Shown here: positions 1-12,335 of the stretch, in pieces | Layout: each line of letters starts with the position of its first letter | How positions within the stretch are numbered: position 1 is the stretch's first letter | Source: Asterionella formosa | Lineage: Eukaryota | Length of the DNA: 35,743 nt | Reading direction: 5' to 3' | Assembly (NCBI GenBank): GCA_002256025.1 | Contig: NKIB01000034.1 | Span: 1 to 35,743 of the forward strand | Translations under genes and position numbers: made by a program | Notes under the pieces: model-generated | Database searches by the model: none | Told to the model about the DNA's origin: nothing | What the model saw: only the letters and a program-made list of their open reading frames with translations

Positions 1-969
1 CCTTCAACAAGTGATGCGAAGTCGATTTCGGCTTATGGTAGAACTCATGCTTGAGGATGTGCTTGAGTTGATCTTTGAATGATAGTGACTCTCGAAGTAA
101 GTCAAAACCAAGCGAATCAATTTTTTTTGTTCTTTTCATTGTTCCACTCAAACACTTGTTGCCACGCATTGTTGATCAAGCAAAATGACAATCAGCCTCA
201 AATCTTCCTTGGCGGAAACCTCTTGATCTTCTGGATGAGTTATCATGAGTTTTAGGAGTATCTTTAAGGTCTTGAGACAGGCAGCAAAGTCGATTATAAA
301 CATGTTGAAATGTTTTATTGAGTAATATCATGGCATCCAGCCACTGTTATTGACTCTCAGAGATATCATGAAGAAGGTAATCTTCCAGCCACATCACTAT
401 GACTTTCTTGTTGAGACTGTTATGGTGGGACTGAGCATCTGAGTGTATTGCAACGCTCATCCAGTCAGACAGGACGATATCTATGAGTCATCTTTTGTAG
501 CAGTAGGTGAACAAGCAAAGAATCTGCTGGACTGAAGATATATGTGTTAGCCATATCACAGGATTTACTGAAATCAATAAACAAGCTTCCCCTGAGCGTC
601 AATTGATCATATCTTTGCTGTAAGACTCCAAATGTTGACCTGGCTTGTAAGGATACACAAAGAAGTTTGAATCTTGATGTTTAGTATGTTGTTATCCTTC
701 ATCAATGGGACCACTGGAACTTGAGAGGACATCAACAATATTAATTCTAATTGGACTCTTTTTGAATTCAAAGTGAAGTATCTAACTAGAAGTAGTAGTA
801 TTTGTTGAATATATGAGCTTATTTGTTAATCCTTGTGTGTAACTCGTTCTCCAAGTCGACACCAAAGTATACAATGAGGGTTAGTCGAGTTCTCTCATTA
901 TTGAGTTCTGATACATATATGATATAACACTAACCCTATATACATCTGTATTGATGCGCAAGATCGCTC

Positions 970-1050
970 ACCTGGTACCCTGGTAACCAGTCGATACGAG
1001 CAAATGGGCGCCGGTACCAGTACTAGGTACTGGTACCTGGTACCACAACC
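970..1050. repeat. GGTACC-rich low-complexity tract
   Basis: Clustered GGTACC/GGTACT/GGTAAC units (cctggtaccctggtaacc; ggtactggtacctggtacc). Confidence 0.7.
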
Positions 1051-1468
1051 GGTATTGTCGCCAAGAATAGCTTTGTGCACTGTACTGGAGTAGTAGTAAA
1101 CTACTAGTGCTAGCTTCCAGTACGGGTTTCACTGGGAGTTTAATTTTTTACGACTACGTTCCCGGTATATCATTCTCACAGTAAGAAATGTTGCCAAGTA
1201 CCTGTGCTGTACAACCATTACTAGGTGCGAAATACGAGCTTACCGGTACATATACAGTACCACTACTCTGGTACCAGCTACCTGGTACTCCCTCTGTCTA
1301 GTAACAGTTGCACCGATTCGCCGGCACCACCAGTGTCTTTACTGTTCGCATATGAAGGATTATGTGGCCAACATACCAAATTTCCACGTGAGGGTCGGCT
1401 TCTTCGGGAAAATGCGTTTTTAATGAGTTACATATACGATAACATACACCGGTACTCGGAACATATAC

Positions 1469-2114
1469 CCGTATACTTCATTGTCCTGGACCCCCCAATG
1501 TTCACTGCCGTGACTGAATTTGACTGATTTTACTTAAGGGGGGCCCAGGACAATGAAGAGAATTCCCTTATAACGGACCTAAGTAAATTTCTTTAGTTCT
1601 ACAGGATAGCGCAGATTTTTCTAAGATGTATTAATATGAAAATTATTTCCGTCTTGTGAAAAATGAGAGAGTTCTTCACCTCGCGAGAAAAACGCGACTT
1701 CATGTTGTTATCGGCGATCTCAATTTTCGTTGTCATTATTAGTGTCATTACTTTACTTTTTTTACGATTGTATTTTCCATGTCGTTCTTAATACAGGTAG
1801 CAAGTAGCAAAGCGTCGTTCTCTATTTTCGTGGAGATAATTCGTATTTTCGTCATGGTCAAGGTTGCGACAACATCATGAAGGATTCTCCAGCTGCTCAC
1901 AGCCACTACCTGTATTCTTGTGTTTTGTATGTACAAAAGAATCGCAAAATGGTAGCTAAATTATTACATACTAGTGCCTACGAGGACGAAAAGAATTTTG
2001 GCACGTTACTTTGTCCATGACAAGAAAATGATTGGGTGTTTGGTTCCGCCTCGAGAAAAATGTACAGGGGGGTCCAGCAACCATAGGGGGGGTCCAGGAC
2101 AATGAAGTATACGG
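1469..2114. mobile_element. Non-autonomous DNA transposon (MITE), Tc2/pogo-like, about 646 bp
   Basis: 28-bp terminal inverted repeat CCGTATACTTCATTGTCCTGGACCCCCC (1469-1496) with its reverse complement ending at 2114. TA follows the right end (2115-2116); TA lies at 1466-1467 on the left with one extra C. CCGTA termini with TA target sites are typical of Tc2/pogo elements. No coding capacity. Confidence 0.85.
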
Positions 2115-2199
2115 TATGCTCATGGCTCTTGTTTATACGTTCATAATGAATCTAAGTTGCTGGATGTAGTTTCAATATCACTCCACGCACAAAGGTATA

Positions 2200-3794
2200 T
2201 ACTATTACAAACCGAAGATGCACCAAACCTCGAGCAAAGTACAGAGTTATTCGTAAGACTCTAGATAAGGAAATAGTAAAGCTTGTTCTAAACAACATTG
2301 TTAGAGAAGTAGAAGCTATAAAGGCTAACAATGGAGGAGTGCTATCACTAGATTAGTAGCAAACAAAGGTGGCAAAATTACGTGGCTAACAAAAGATATG
2401 ATAATGTACCATTTGAAGAAATTGAACAACAACAACACAGATCTGGTAGTAGGGGTTTTAAATTTTACAGCTCTATTGGATTGCCCCCCAGCAAATCAAA
2501 TTGAAACTAGCAGCATACTTACCTTTGCAACCAAAAATTCCACTACTGCAACCCCTTTGACAACAGTTACATTTAACTCAGATGAAAACAGCAGTGCGAG
2601 AAACAATTATCTAACAGATAGACCTGATCAGCATGAGACTGAACAAACACAACTTTCTGGTGAGAAGGGGGGGGGACGAGTACAAACGAAAATATTTCTG
2701 CAATAGAGACCATGCAACTTCCTCCAGCACCAGGAGCAAATGGTCGTCCCAAATACAGCACCATGGCATTTTCAAGAGACTACCAGCAACGCATTAAACG
2801 AGCAACCAACGAACTAAAACACACTTCTTCATCATGAAATACAACTGTCAGCAGTTTCAACAACCCTGACAGAATTGAATGCCGCTATGTCAATCATCAC
2901 ACAGCAGAACTGAATCTAAAGGAAGGTATCACCGGCACCCTTCTTGACAAAGTTATTGAATTCAGGAGCAAGAGGATTCAAGGAATGGCATCAATATTGA
3001 TCAGATGGCTCGCCAACGGAAGGAATCGGCGTTATGGCCAATCGCGCAAAATAAAAGGTATACAGCAGGACTTCATGTGGCGGCTGGAAGCACTCTACGA
3101 TATGATCAGGATGAAAAGAAGAGCAGAGGAAAAGGATAGTGAGAAAGCGAATAAGAAAGTCATTAACTACACAGCAACATTGAACAAGTTGCAAGAGATC
3201 AGAGTTCTCAACAAACAGGAACACGCATGGACGGTGGCGCAAACAAAAACAATGGTGTCTTGGTACAAACAAATTGACGATGCGCCATGACCTGCAACTA
3301 AACATCTACTGCTTACTTACCATATATATTGATACAATGGGACGTGGCGTTGCACCAGTCGCAGTTGCCGGAGGTATACCGCCACCAGCAGCCTCAGCTG
3401 AAGAGAACGACGAGGGTGAAGTCGTAGTGAAAGAAGATTGAGATATGTGTTCCTCACAAAAAATCGACGTCAGTTGACACAAGAAATTGGAGAAAATATG
3501 GAAAACGAGGTAATATTTTCTAACCGTTTACCATTAAAAAGTAAATATACATGAGGCAAAATATATGAATGGCTTAAGACCACTAAAAGGCAAAATGAAC
3601 GACTTAAAAAAAAGAAGTTCGATATCGTAAGATACATGCTTCCAATTGTTAAAATGATTCATTTATCTAGAACTTGCATGCATTACCGGTAGTCGACCTC
3701 TATTCAAAGGGTTTTAATTGAGGTCCGCTGAACATTTTTCTAATTTTAGTCCAAAAACGGGGTAATATAGTGGTCTTAAGCAGTTTTTGGCTGG
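2200..3794 (+). mobile_element. Decayed, internally deleted DNA transposon (probably pogo-like transposase relic), copy A
   Basis: Frameshifted peptide fragments (NGRPKYST, LNLKEGITGTLL, WTVAQTKTMVSWYKQIDDAP) match those of the element at 34200-35743. Right end is ...CAGTTTTTGGCTGG|TA at 3794. A perfect 14-bp inverted repeat lies at 3572-3585/3768-3781. The left end was not found. Confidence 0.6.
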
Positions 3795-4243
3795 TACCAG
3801 GGGACCACAATTTGAACCCCAGTTTACAAAGCGTCAGGCATGTTTATTGAGGCGGGTAGGCGCAGGTACGAAACTACACTGTACCAGGACCAGTGTTTGA
3901 ACCAGTATACCGGTACACAGAATTGTGCAAAAAGTTCGACGGGCAGGCGCAGGTCCGAACACTCGTCTTTGCATTGTTTGATCAAGATTCCGTTCCCTCA
4001 TGTGCTTCCACCTGGAATCTTTTTTTCTACGGGGAAAATATGGAAGTGATGTAGATGATGACGTGTTTTCAGCACCTTTTATCATGATCCTGCAGGCGTA
4101 GCACGGATTTGATATAACGGTTCCGGTAGCCTGATGTTGCAATTCAGGCTTCGCTGATGTGGTGCAAATGCCAAGGGGCAGTTGAGTTTACGAATAGTTT
4201 TCTCTTTTTCAACCCTGCGCGCTTAGGAAAAGTCCTCGTATCA

Positions 4244-4802
4244 GGTACCATGATCTAACAAAAATAATATCATTCTATCATGGCGACAGGTACCAGTACT
4301 AAACTACCCATCGAGATACGAGAATACATCATACATACGGTACCTGGTACCAAACTTGAATAATCGATACAACTGTTATTTGACTGAGGGAATACCAGCT
4401 CGTGGGTAAGAATATTGATCTAAGTAGGCTGGTACTCCTGGTACCTGGTACCTGGTAACAGATCCTCATCGGAACAATAATGAAAACTGCATGCAGAATC
4501 TTGATCATATGATTTCCAGCATACCGGTAAGCTGCATCCACATCGGGAGGTCGGTACCAGAAACCTTAGCTTACAGAATTCCGGAAGCAGATACTCTGAA
4601 TCTATCGAATATACCGGCGTGTAACGTATATGTTTGCCGGCCGTACAGGAAATATGTACAGATAATTCCAGTGCATATAATGCCAAAATGATATGACCCT
4701 AGTACCAGGTACCAGTACCAGGTACTGTATACCCGGTATGATATGCGGGTGCATCCATCTGTTATGTAACATGTATACCGCTATCGGTTCCAGGTCCCGG
4801 TA
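4244..4802. repeat. GGTACC-rich low-complexity tract upstream of the LOX-fusion gene
   Basis: Many GGTACC(A/T) and TACCGG units, e.g. ggtactcctggtacctggtacctggtaac (4431-4459) and gtaccaggtaccagtaccaggtac (about 4702-4725). Confidence 0.7.
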
Positions 4803-4838
4803 CTCATAATTACTAAACTGATACTCCTACTAATTACG

Positions 4839-7815
4839 ATGAATGTGCCGGATCCTTTCTTCATCGAGAATCGCTTCCAAAAGCCTGCAATCAAGAATAA
4901 CGGTGTGCGCTGGAGTGCCGCTTCCATTTTGTCGTTATTGGTCTTGATTGTAAGCTCGTATTCTCAATTTTCCAAGCTCAAACAAGTTCCTTATTGTCGC
5001 GCGACACAAAGATTTCTCGTCCCGACAACAAGCGCAAAGCCTTCTTCATCAGCTGTAGCCTTTATTCGAAAGCAGCTCACCAGCTCTTGTTACACTACCG
5101 GTACTCTCATAGAGCGCTACTACTCGCCTAAATCGGAAGAGATCGATTCGGGCACAAAGACAGAAGGATGCGGCAACAGCAATGATTATGCCTTGTGGCC
5201 CCTCGTGGGGTTTGCCGCTTCCACTTTTGGATCCTTCATTGGGATCATACTCGAGATAGGTCTTTTCCTTCATGGTGAGCAATTCAATTTCAGCTATTCA
5301 CCGATCTCGTCTTCTATTGTCAACATTAGGCGATTGGTCTATGCATTCATTGTCACAGCCACTGCCTTGACGACATTTGCGTTGACCATTGATCCAATTG
5401 GTTTTCCCCAGAGATATCTAGCATTTTCACTTTTTGCTTCATTTCTACTTGGATTCTTGACCACGGCTTTGTACTTTGATAAGGAGCCCACTGGAACATT
5501 TGCTCTTCTTGCGATAATCATGATTTCACAAGTGCTATGGATCTTTTCTAATGGAACTATCTTGGGAGGAGACGAAGCCACCTACTTTTTGAAATTTGGG
5601 GCGCTTTCTCATTTACTCAGAGATGCATTCTTCTTCCCGTCTACGCCTGAGTACTCCACCATTTACCATTTGCTTGCCTCCATCACGAGCTGGGTCATGT
5701 ACCATTCATTGGCCCTAGTGTGCAATGTGGATCCTACCTATACTGCCACCATAGCTCAAGCCTTAGTGCCAAATCAAGTCTTTGCTGTTTCCCTCATCGT
5801 GAGTTTCTTGGCTGGGCATGTGTTTATCCTCATGATCTCACGAGCGACATATCAAGCATGGAGGAGTATGACATCGTACATCTTATGGAGTTCTGTTTAT
5901 TTGTTGCTCCTCTCGGCACCTCGATTGAGACATCCTGTCAAGTTGAGTGAAGTGTACCGGGAACAAGTCATCAACCGTAGAGAAGTGCGACCGTATTCAG
6001 AACAACATAGTGCATACATGCCAAAACCACTTGGAATCCCAAGTATCAATGGGTAAGGAATGTTGGAGAAAATGAATGAATGGATTTACACCCGTTGAAG
6101 CGCTGTTTTGTCAATCACACCAAATTCAAACAGGAAACATCTCACTTGCTCTCAAATTTTTTAGTCCATTGCTTCTTTCAACAGTTGAGATCTTTGCTTC
6201 TATCCGTAAATTTCTCCATCTAGGTTTTGCCATAGTGGCGTTTCTCAACAATAAATTTCCACAAGCTGATGTGAATTACCCACTTAAATACAAGGAACGA
6301 ATGAAGGTGTGGGAAGATGGATCAAAGTATTTTCCGGCATCATTTTTTGGCCTGAATTGGAAAATGCCAAAAAAGACCAGGAAACTTCAAGCGACACCTC
6401 AACCCATGTTGGACGCCTATAAGGAAGGAAAATTATTAGCACACATGTGCCAGTATGGAGCTGGAAACAGCTTTCTCCGGCGGGCTGTAGAAAAAAACGA
6501 ATATCCATTTTTCAAGTTAGTTAAGAGAGGATCTGCATTCAATAGCCAGCACGGTCTTGTGCTAGACTTGAGCCAACTTGATCAATATGAGACAAAGACC
6601 GACTATGAGCCTTACGGTGGAATTGCTTTCTTTTTCATAAAAGACCGTGACCTTGTCACAAAGTGGGTGATAGAGCCAAGGTCCAAGTCAAAAACCGCCC
6701 AAGAGCCTTCGAGCGCCTCGTTTCGCCGTATTGAAGAAATGATCAGAGTCTCTCTCATATTCTGCATGACTGCTGGTAAGCACGTGGCGGAGGTTCACAT
6801 GGCATTGAACCTATTGGAAATTGCTCTCCATAATTCCTTCGACTACGATTTAAATCCACACTTTCAACCAGGAGATCAGTTCATTGCTCATCCATTCCGT
6901 TTGGTCTTATACATTCATCTATTTTCTCATGGTTTGATTTCTGAACTTCAAGTCTGCCATGTGCTTCAAGAAGGGGCAGTCTTAAACCAAGTCTTTGCCC
7001 TCACACACAATAGCATGTGTGAATACTTGACAAATGCATACGACAACTTCCGGTATGGTGAGGATGAAGACTTTGCAGAGCGCAGGTTGGCCATGCACCA
7101 GCTGCTACATTTGGATAGAGGGTTTCCGAGCTTCACGTGTGCACTCCAGTGGGAGCTCCAGTACCATGACATCTTTGAAACATATGCAAATTCAGTGGTA
7201 GGTGCCATGTATGCAAATGATAAAGACGTACGTGATGACGATGCCATGAGGAAGTTCGTCGCCAGCATAAGTAGTAAATTGGACGACAATAGAAGATACG
7301 GGACTAGCGAAAATGGCTACATGCAAACAAAGGCAGAGATCAAGAACTTTGTGAGTGACACAATCTTTCACATTATTGTAAAGCATCAACTTTACGGAAC
7401 AGATGGCTTGACTGGTATGTTGGATCCTCGCATCAACAGTTTTCAGATTCCTAAAGATGGTGGTCCTCCGGCAATTGATGAATGGAGATCCCTTGTTTTT
7501 GCGGCATTTGCCACAGCGCACCCCACTTTTTCCCTTCTCCTTCAGGATCAGATGGCGACACCAGTGCAATTGGGCGAGCCTATACTATCCGACCTCTTCA
7601 GAGATGCTACCCCAATCAACAGGAACCATTCCCGTCAAGACAAGGAAATGTTAATTACTAGACTCCGGGGAGCTTGGGATCAGATGCAGCTGGACCTTCG
7701 TAATAAAAACATCGAGTGGGAATACAAGGGAAGTGGTGAACGAGCTCAAAATGATGAAAATTACATGTATTGCCGTTGCCTTCCGGCTGAACTTCGCACT
7801 AGTGCTGGCTATTGA
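4839..7815 (+). CDS. Multi-pass membrane protein fused to a divergent lipoxygenase catalytic domain (about 954 aa, 2 exons)
   Basis: Exons 4839-6052 and 6165-7815. Intron 6053-6164 (GTAAGG...CTCAC...TTTTTTAG) joins the two long ORFs in frame. Exon 1 has about 8 hydrophobic helices. Exon 2 has lipoxygenase-type H-x4-H (HVAEVH, 6781-6798), downstream HPFRLVLYIH, and a third ligand motif IFHIIVKHQLYG (His at 7384), ordered and spaced like soybean LOX-1 H499/H504/H690. Confidence 0.75.
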
Positions 7816-7989
7816 TATCTCTGTTGATACAATTGCTGAATTAGTTACCAGAGAGGTGCTAATTTCATCATATCATGTAGAGAACATCTTCAAATCATAG
7901 CATTGTTCAGCACATAAATAGCTTGATTGTTGCAGTGGCAAAAACGGAAGAAGCGCGTTTGACATTGACTTTCAGAAGATCAATATGAC

Positions 7990-8050
7990 TTTTAGGAAAT
8001 TTTAGGAAACATACAGAAATTTAAGGAAATATCAGCACATTTCAGGAAAT
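7990..8050 (+). repeat. Short degenerate tandem repeat, unit about TTTAGGAAAT
   Basis: tttaggaaat, tttaggaaac, ttaaggaaat and ttcaggaaat recur at multiples of 10 bp. Possibly subterminal repeats of a decayed element. Confidence 0.5.
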
Positions 8051-8129
8051 ACATGCAATTTGCCCATCATTATAATATATTTTGTGTATTTCCAAGCAAT
8101 TTGTGCCAATTGCCCCTCTATTTCCAGTA

Positions 8130-9790
8130 CTGGGATTGCCAAAATCAGCAAGGGGTCTACTTAAGGAAACCATTTTATATACTATGCAGATTTGAGTAAA
8201 TTATATATAGTATTCACTTTTTTGTTTGTTGCCTGAAAATTGGACTCTGGTAATTCACCTTTCACCATGCTGATCATCATCCATCATGCCCTGTCTGAAG
8301 CGAAATCAGTTCATTGATGTGCCAGTAGTGATTCATTGTCAAATAGAAGCGATGGGTTGTTGGATTGTTTGTTGTCTTCTTGTGGGATTCATAGGTGTAT
8401 ATCTGATGTTGGTGGCAAGTTTTTGCTCCGGTCATGTATGTGATGCTCAACTGATATTCTAGTTATTTAGCCTACATGCGTAGTATATGGTACTCAAAAC
8501 AACCACGCATGGTTCAAACTAAATTTTTACTCTTCAAGCAATGCATTTTGTTATATCATGCATGCTGTAGACTTGGTATTATCTTCACGAGACTATTATA
8601 TTAAATTATTTGCATGACATATTCATTGATTTTACGTATGCCCGATTTCGTCCTCACAATTATAATAAAACACTCTACCCTGCCTGCCGTTGCTCAATTC
8701 TGGCTTGTAAAAGCACCTTTCAACTTTCTTATGAGCCCATAGTCTGCTGCATGTTATGCTTGTTAGAGCGGATCGGTGAGTACAACAGTGAAACACTAAA
8801 TGTGATCATAAATACCACTAATTGTCGAATTTCCGATTTGATTGCTTCCATGGTCCATTTTGATCACTTCCATCGTTGTTTGTAGTTTCGCTGCACTGCT
8901 GTTTTGATTTGACTGTAACTATCTACACAAGGGCCGATGTATGTATCAATGCCTACTCTTTGAAGATGAATTGTTGTTGATCTTATTTGTTGATTTGTAT
9001 AGTCGTTGAACCTGATGTCATTATTGCTGCCAGCCAAGCAATGCATTTCTTGTGGTACTAATTCGCTTTGCTACCTTTCTACTACGAGTTTGTATCACAA
9101 GCTATGTAACAATACTCCGCTAGAGGGAGTTGCTTGTGCTGGAGCAGCCTGGCAATCACGCTTGCTCAGAATGGAATGATCAGGGTTTCTTGTTCTTTGG
9201 TGGGAGGAATGACTATGGTGGAAAGACTGTTACTGGTGTCAAGCTACTACTACAGCGATGTGCTGCATGGTTGCAGATACCAGATCATTGACACTACATA
9301 ATGATGCAGGTCAAAATTGGGTTCACCTTTTTTCTTCTTGTTTCGGTCTTTGATTGTGTGGTGATGGAAAGTCAATGTTACTACCTGTGTAAGTCCTACA
9401 ATGTCACAATGCATACATCTCCATTGAGACTCCTATTTTTACTTCATTTCTAACCCAAAACAAATTTTTCTATTTCTCATTTGACGCTACTTATAATATT
9501 TCATTTCATACTTTGGTTGCTCCAAACATCATGTTCAATTTTCATTGATGTTGCTTGTTACAATCATTTCCATATATGTTTGACGCTTGTTGTACCATTT
9601 CTAAGTATATTACCGTTATTCTGGCTGTCATGCTAATATCGGCAATTTTAATACCGAAAAATTTTATGTGCCCCATATTTTTCCTAAATAAAAATCACTT
9701 AAGAAATTACTTACAGCTTACATATTACATAGAAGTACCCGAATGGCAATACGATAGCTGGAACGGGATTTGCTGCCTAGGCACTCTAGT
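8130..9790 (-). mobile_element. Highly decayed transposon-like region, family unresolved
   Basis: AT-rich, no long ORF. Minus-strand fragment RCMHCDIVG (about 9395-9420) resembles a zinc-knuckle half. The ends show only weak inverted similarity (CTGGGATTGCC...CAGCAA versus CTAGAGTGCC...CAGCAA). Confidence 0.25.
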
Positions 9791-10149
9791 TCTGCCCTAG
9801 AATGACTGGTCATTATTTTTCTCACGCTACTCATTTGCATATTATTCTGCTATGGCTGAGTGCACCCGCAAAGTACATTGGGTAGCCGCCCAGACCTTGT
9901 ACTTGTATGTTAGAAATTTAGTTTCACCAAATATTTGTTTTGCATACATCAAAGAAGAGTCATCATATTAGATCTTTATTTCCCTTCATTAGAAATAGTT
10001 ACTCCTGGTTCACCATTAAATATTTATAATTAATCATCGTCGTTGATGCATTGTGCAACGATGAGTTCTGAACTTTCCAATCAACTTTTCAACTGCAAAA
10101 GTTCCATGTCTGTCGCTTTGTGAGTTTATTGTGTTGACTTGATCACTAT

Positions 10150-11200
10150 CATTTGCATGGTAACACTATCAATTGCATGATAGGCAATCAATCATTGTCT
10201 CGCTTGTTTTGCAAACTTTCTTATTCGCATTTCAATGTAATCACATCTACCAACAAACATTTTCCAACTGCTTCTGTAAATTTGCCTCTCCCTTTCTTTT
10301 ACTTCAGGGATAGATTTCGATAGTGGTTCTTGGAGGATGCCTAGATGTACTCAACTCCTTCGCCTGCAAGTTCTGCATGGCATTTTGGAGTTAGAATAAC
10401 TTCCACTCCAACCTTTTGTCCAATGAATTCCATCATTCCTTGCTCGTGAAGGAAGTCGGATCACATGGTCATCATGTGTCTTAAGCTTGTAGAATTGTCA
10501 ACGATTCCGAAATCGTCGTGTTTTCCAGTAAGTTTTTATTTTCAATGCTCATTTCATCAATGAATACTCTCTTCCATAACAACTGTAACAAACCGTTCGA
10601 CTTACCCAACCGACATTTTTTCTTTCAAATGGTTCTTTGGTTTCAATGGCGTTCTTTGTACATAGTTCGACTAATGCATCTCTTTTGCTTTTCTCTTTCA
10701 TGTTTACTCCTTGGCTGAGCAGGTCTATTGTCAATGCCAGCCGATTTCGCTTAGCACTTTTTTCCCAATCACAACATCATCGCGACATGATTCAGCTTAA
10801 GTAGGGGCGAGCCAAAATAGACCCTGATCTGAATGTTAAAAAGTGAGTAATTGAGTATCGCCTGCTGAGTGTAGAATTGTATTGTACTAAGTTCCCAGGT
10901 ATCCTTGTTCTGTTTCTATTTTCGTTTCTCTCATCAATGTGTTCCTTCCCCCAAATGTCTTGTTCAATGTTGTCAAAATTTGCACCCAGCCATTTACATA
11001 CAAAGGAATTCTGGCTATTTCCATTTAGACATTCCACAGACCACATCTAGTCTTCAGACACTTGTTGACATCAACAGCCTAAATGACACATATGACAGAT
11101 TGTATGATGGTTAATATAAGACGGCATTCTGGTGTGATTACCAGCATAACCTGTTTTCCTTTCGCCTTATTTTTCCTTAGTAGAACTACTTTCAGTGCTT
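10150..11200 (-). pseudogene. IS630/Tc1-superfamily transposase pseudogene
   Basis: Minus-strand fragments WVGKSNGLLQLLW (about 10570-10610) and GVEVILTPKCHAELAGEGVEYI*ASSKNHYR (about 10318-10410) match the KG-x-x-x-VL-x-ERG and PK(F/C)H-x-EL-x-x-(x)-IE-x-x-W motifs of eukaryotic IS630/Tc1-like transposases. Stops and frameshifts are present. Confidence 0.75.
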
Positions 11201-11449
11201 TCTACCTGTAAGTGATTTATGTACTATTTACCATTGTGCCGGTACTGGTATCACGTACTCTCTACCGTAGTTGTTTATCTGGAATTGAAACACACAAGGG
11301 TTCATGTCAGGTCGTGCGGCAATGACGATTTTTGAGGAATCTCCATGCATGTACATTTTTATACATTGATTCACGACTTATGCAAACGGGATTCCAGTCC
11401 CACCGTTACACTCCTCAGCAACAAAGGGTAACCCTGGTACAACCTTTCT

Positions 11450-11590
11450 CTTAGAAATGGAGACTGAACCTAGTACAGCTGGTGGTACCAGGTACCTGGT
11501 ACCCACTATAGTAAGTTTCAGAGCAGGAGATTTAAGATGGTACGGGTAGTACAAGGTAACCAGGTACCCTGGTACCCTGGTACCCTGGCA
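11450..11590. repeat. GGTACC tandem tract
   Basis: ggtacca-ggtacct-ggtaccc (from 11484) and three copies of GGTACCCT (from 11563). Confidence 0.75.
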
Positions 11591-12335
11591 ACAGTGGTCT
11601 ACCAGCATACCGCTCTCACCATTTCGACGACATGATGTACAGGAACCGTCCGGCTCTACAGACGTATTTGTATGTACATTTCTCCGTTTGCCGTTATTAC
11701 TCCGAAAGCGTCTTGCTGAATTACCGTAGCCGAGCTCAGAAAGGATGCCGGTATACGTACTACTACGAGGATGCCGGCCAGTCACGCAAAACTCGAAATT
11801 GTAAAAAGAATGAAATCCTCCTCCTCGTGGGTCTCGTTCTGTTCCTCGCTGGGAAATGCAGCAAGGCAGCAGCCAACATTTCTTTGTTTGCGTGTACGTA
11901 TCTAATAAGAATAACCGCTTATAAAATTGCATTGCTTTACGGCGGAGTATATCACCGGCACCCTGAATAATCCAAAACTCAAAATACACATAACATCATT
12001 TACCATAGAATTATATATCATATGTATGTATTAATTTGATCGATTGATAAATTGTCATTTTCCCAACAAGAGAGAGAGTTGCCACAACAGCCTATTGCTC
12101 GCTGCAACGACACCTCGTTCGTCCAGGGGAGCAACACAAGCGAGTCAAGCAACAACAACTGAAGCCACTTCACGCCCTTTTAGATTGCGACGGGGAAAGG
12201 GAGGAAACAAGACACACGATTCCTTCTTGTCAAGTGCCGAAGCGATTGCAACGGTCGCGTGCCTTTAAGGACGACTCTTGACCCAGGGAGCTCTTCAAAA
12301 CACGAGGGTGTCGTATTCAAGGTGGAACTGCAGAT

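Noticed and set aside
3853..3961. Imperfect 20-bp direct repeat (GGGTAGGCGCAGGTACGAA / GGGCAGGCGCAGGTCCGAA) in 3800-4240
   Set aside because: Only two copies, and no matching termini could be found to define an element.
6076..6164. ATG at 6076 as the start of an independent LOX gene
   Set aside because: Only 19 bp after the upstream stop and inside a well-formed, frame-compatible intron. Alternative acceptors at 6133, 6184 and 6223 are out of phase.
7990..8050. TTTAGG units as interstitial telomere repeats
   Set aside because: Units are TTTAGGAAAT with 10-bp periodicity, not TTAGGG/TTTAGGG arrays.
11378..11989. 203-aa minus-strand ORF
   Set aside because: Non-ATG start, runs through GGTACC repeats (GTRYLVP-type peptides) and shows no recognisable domain.
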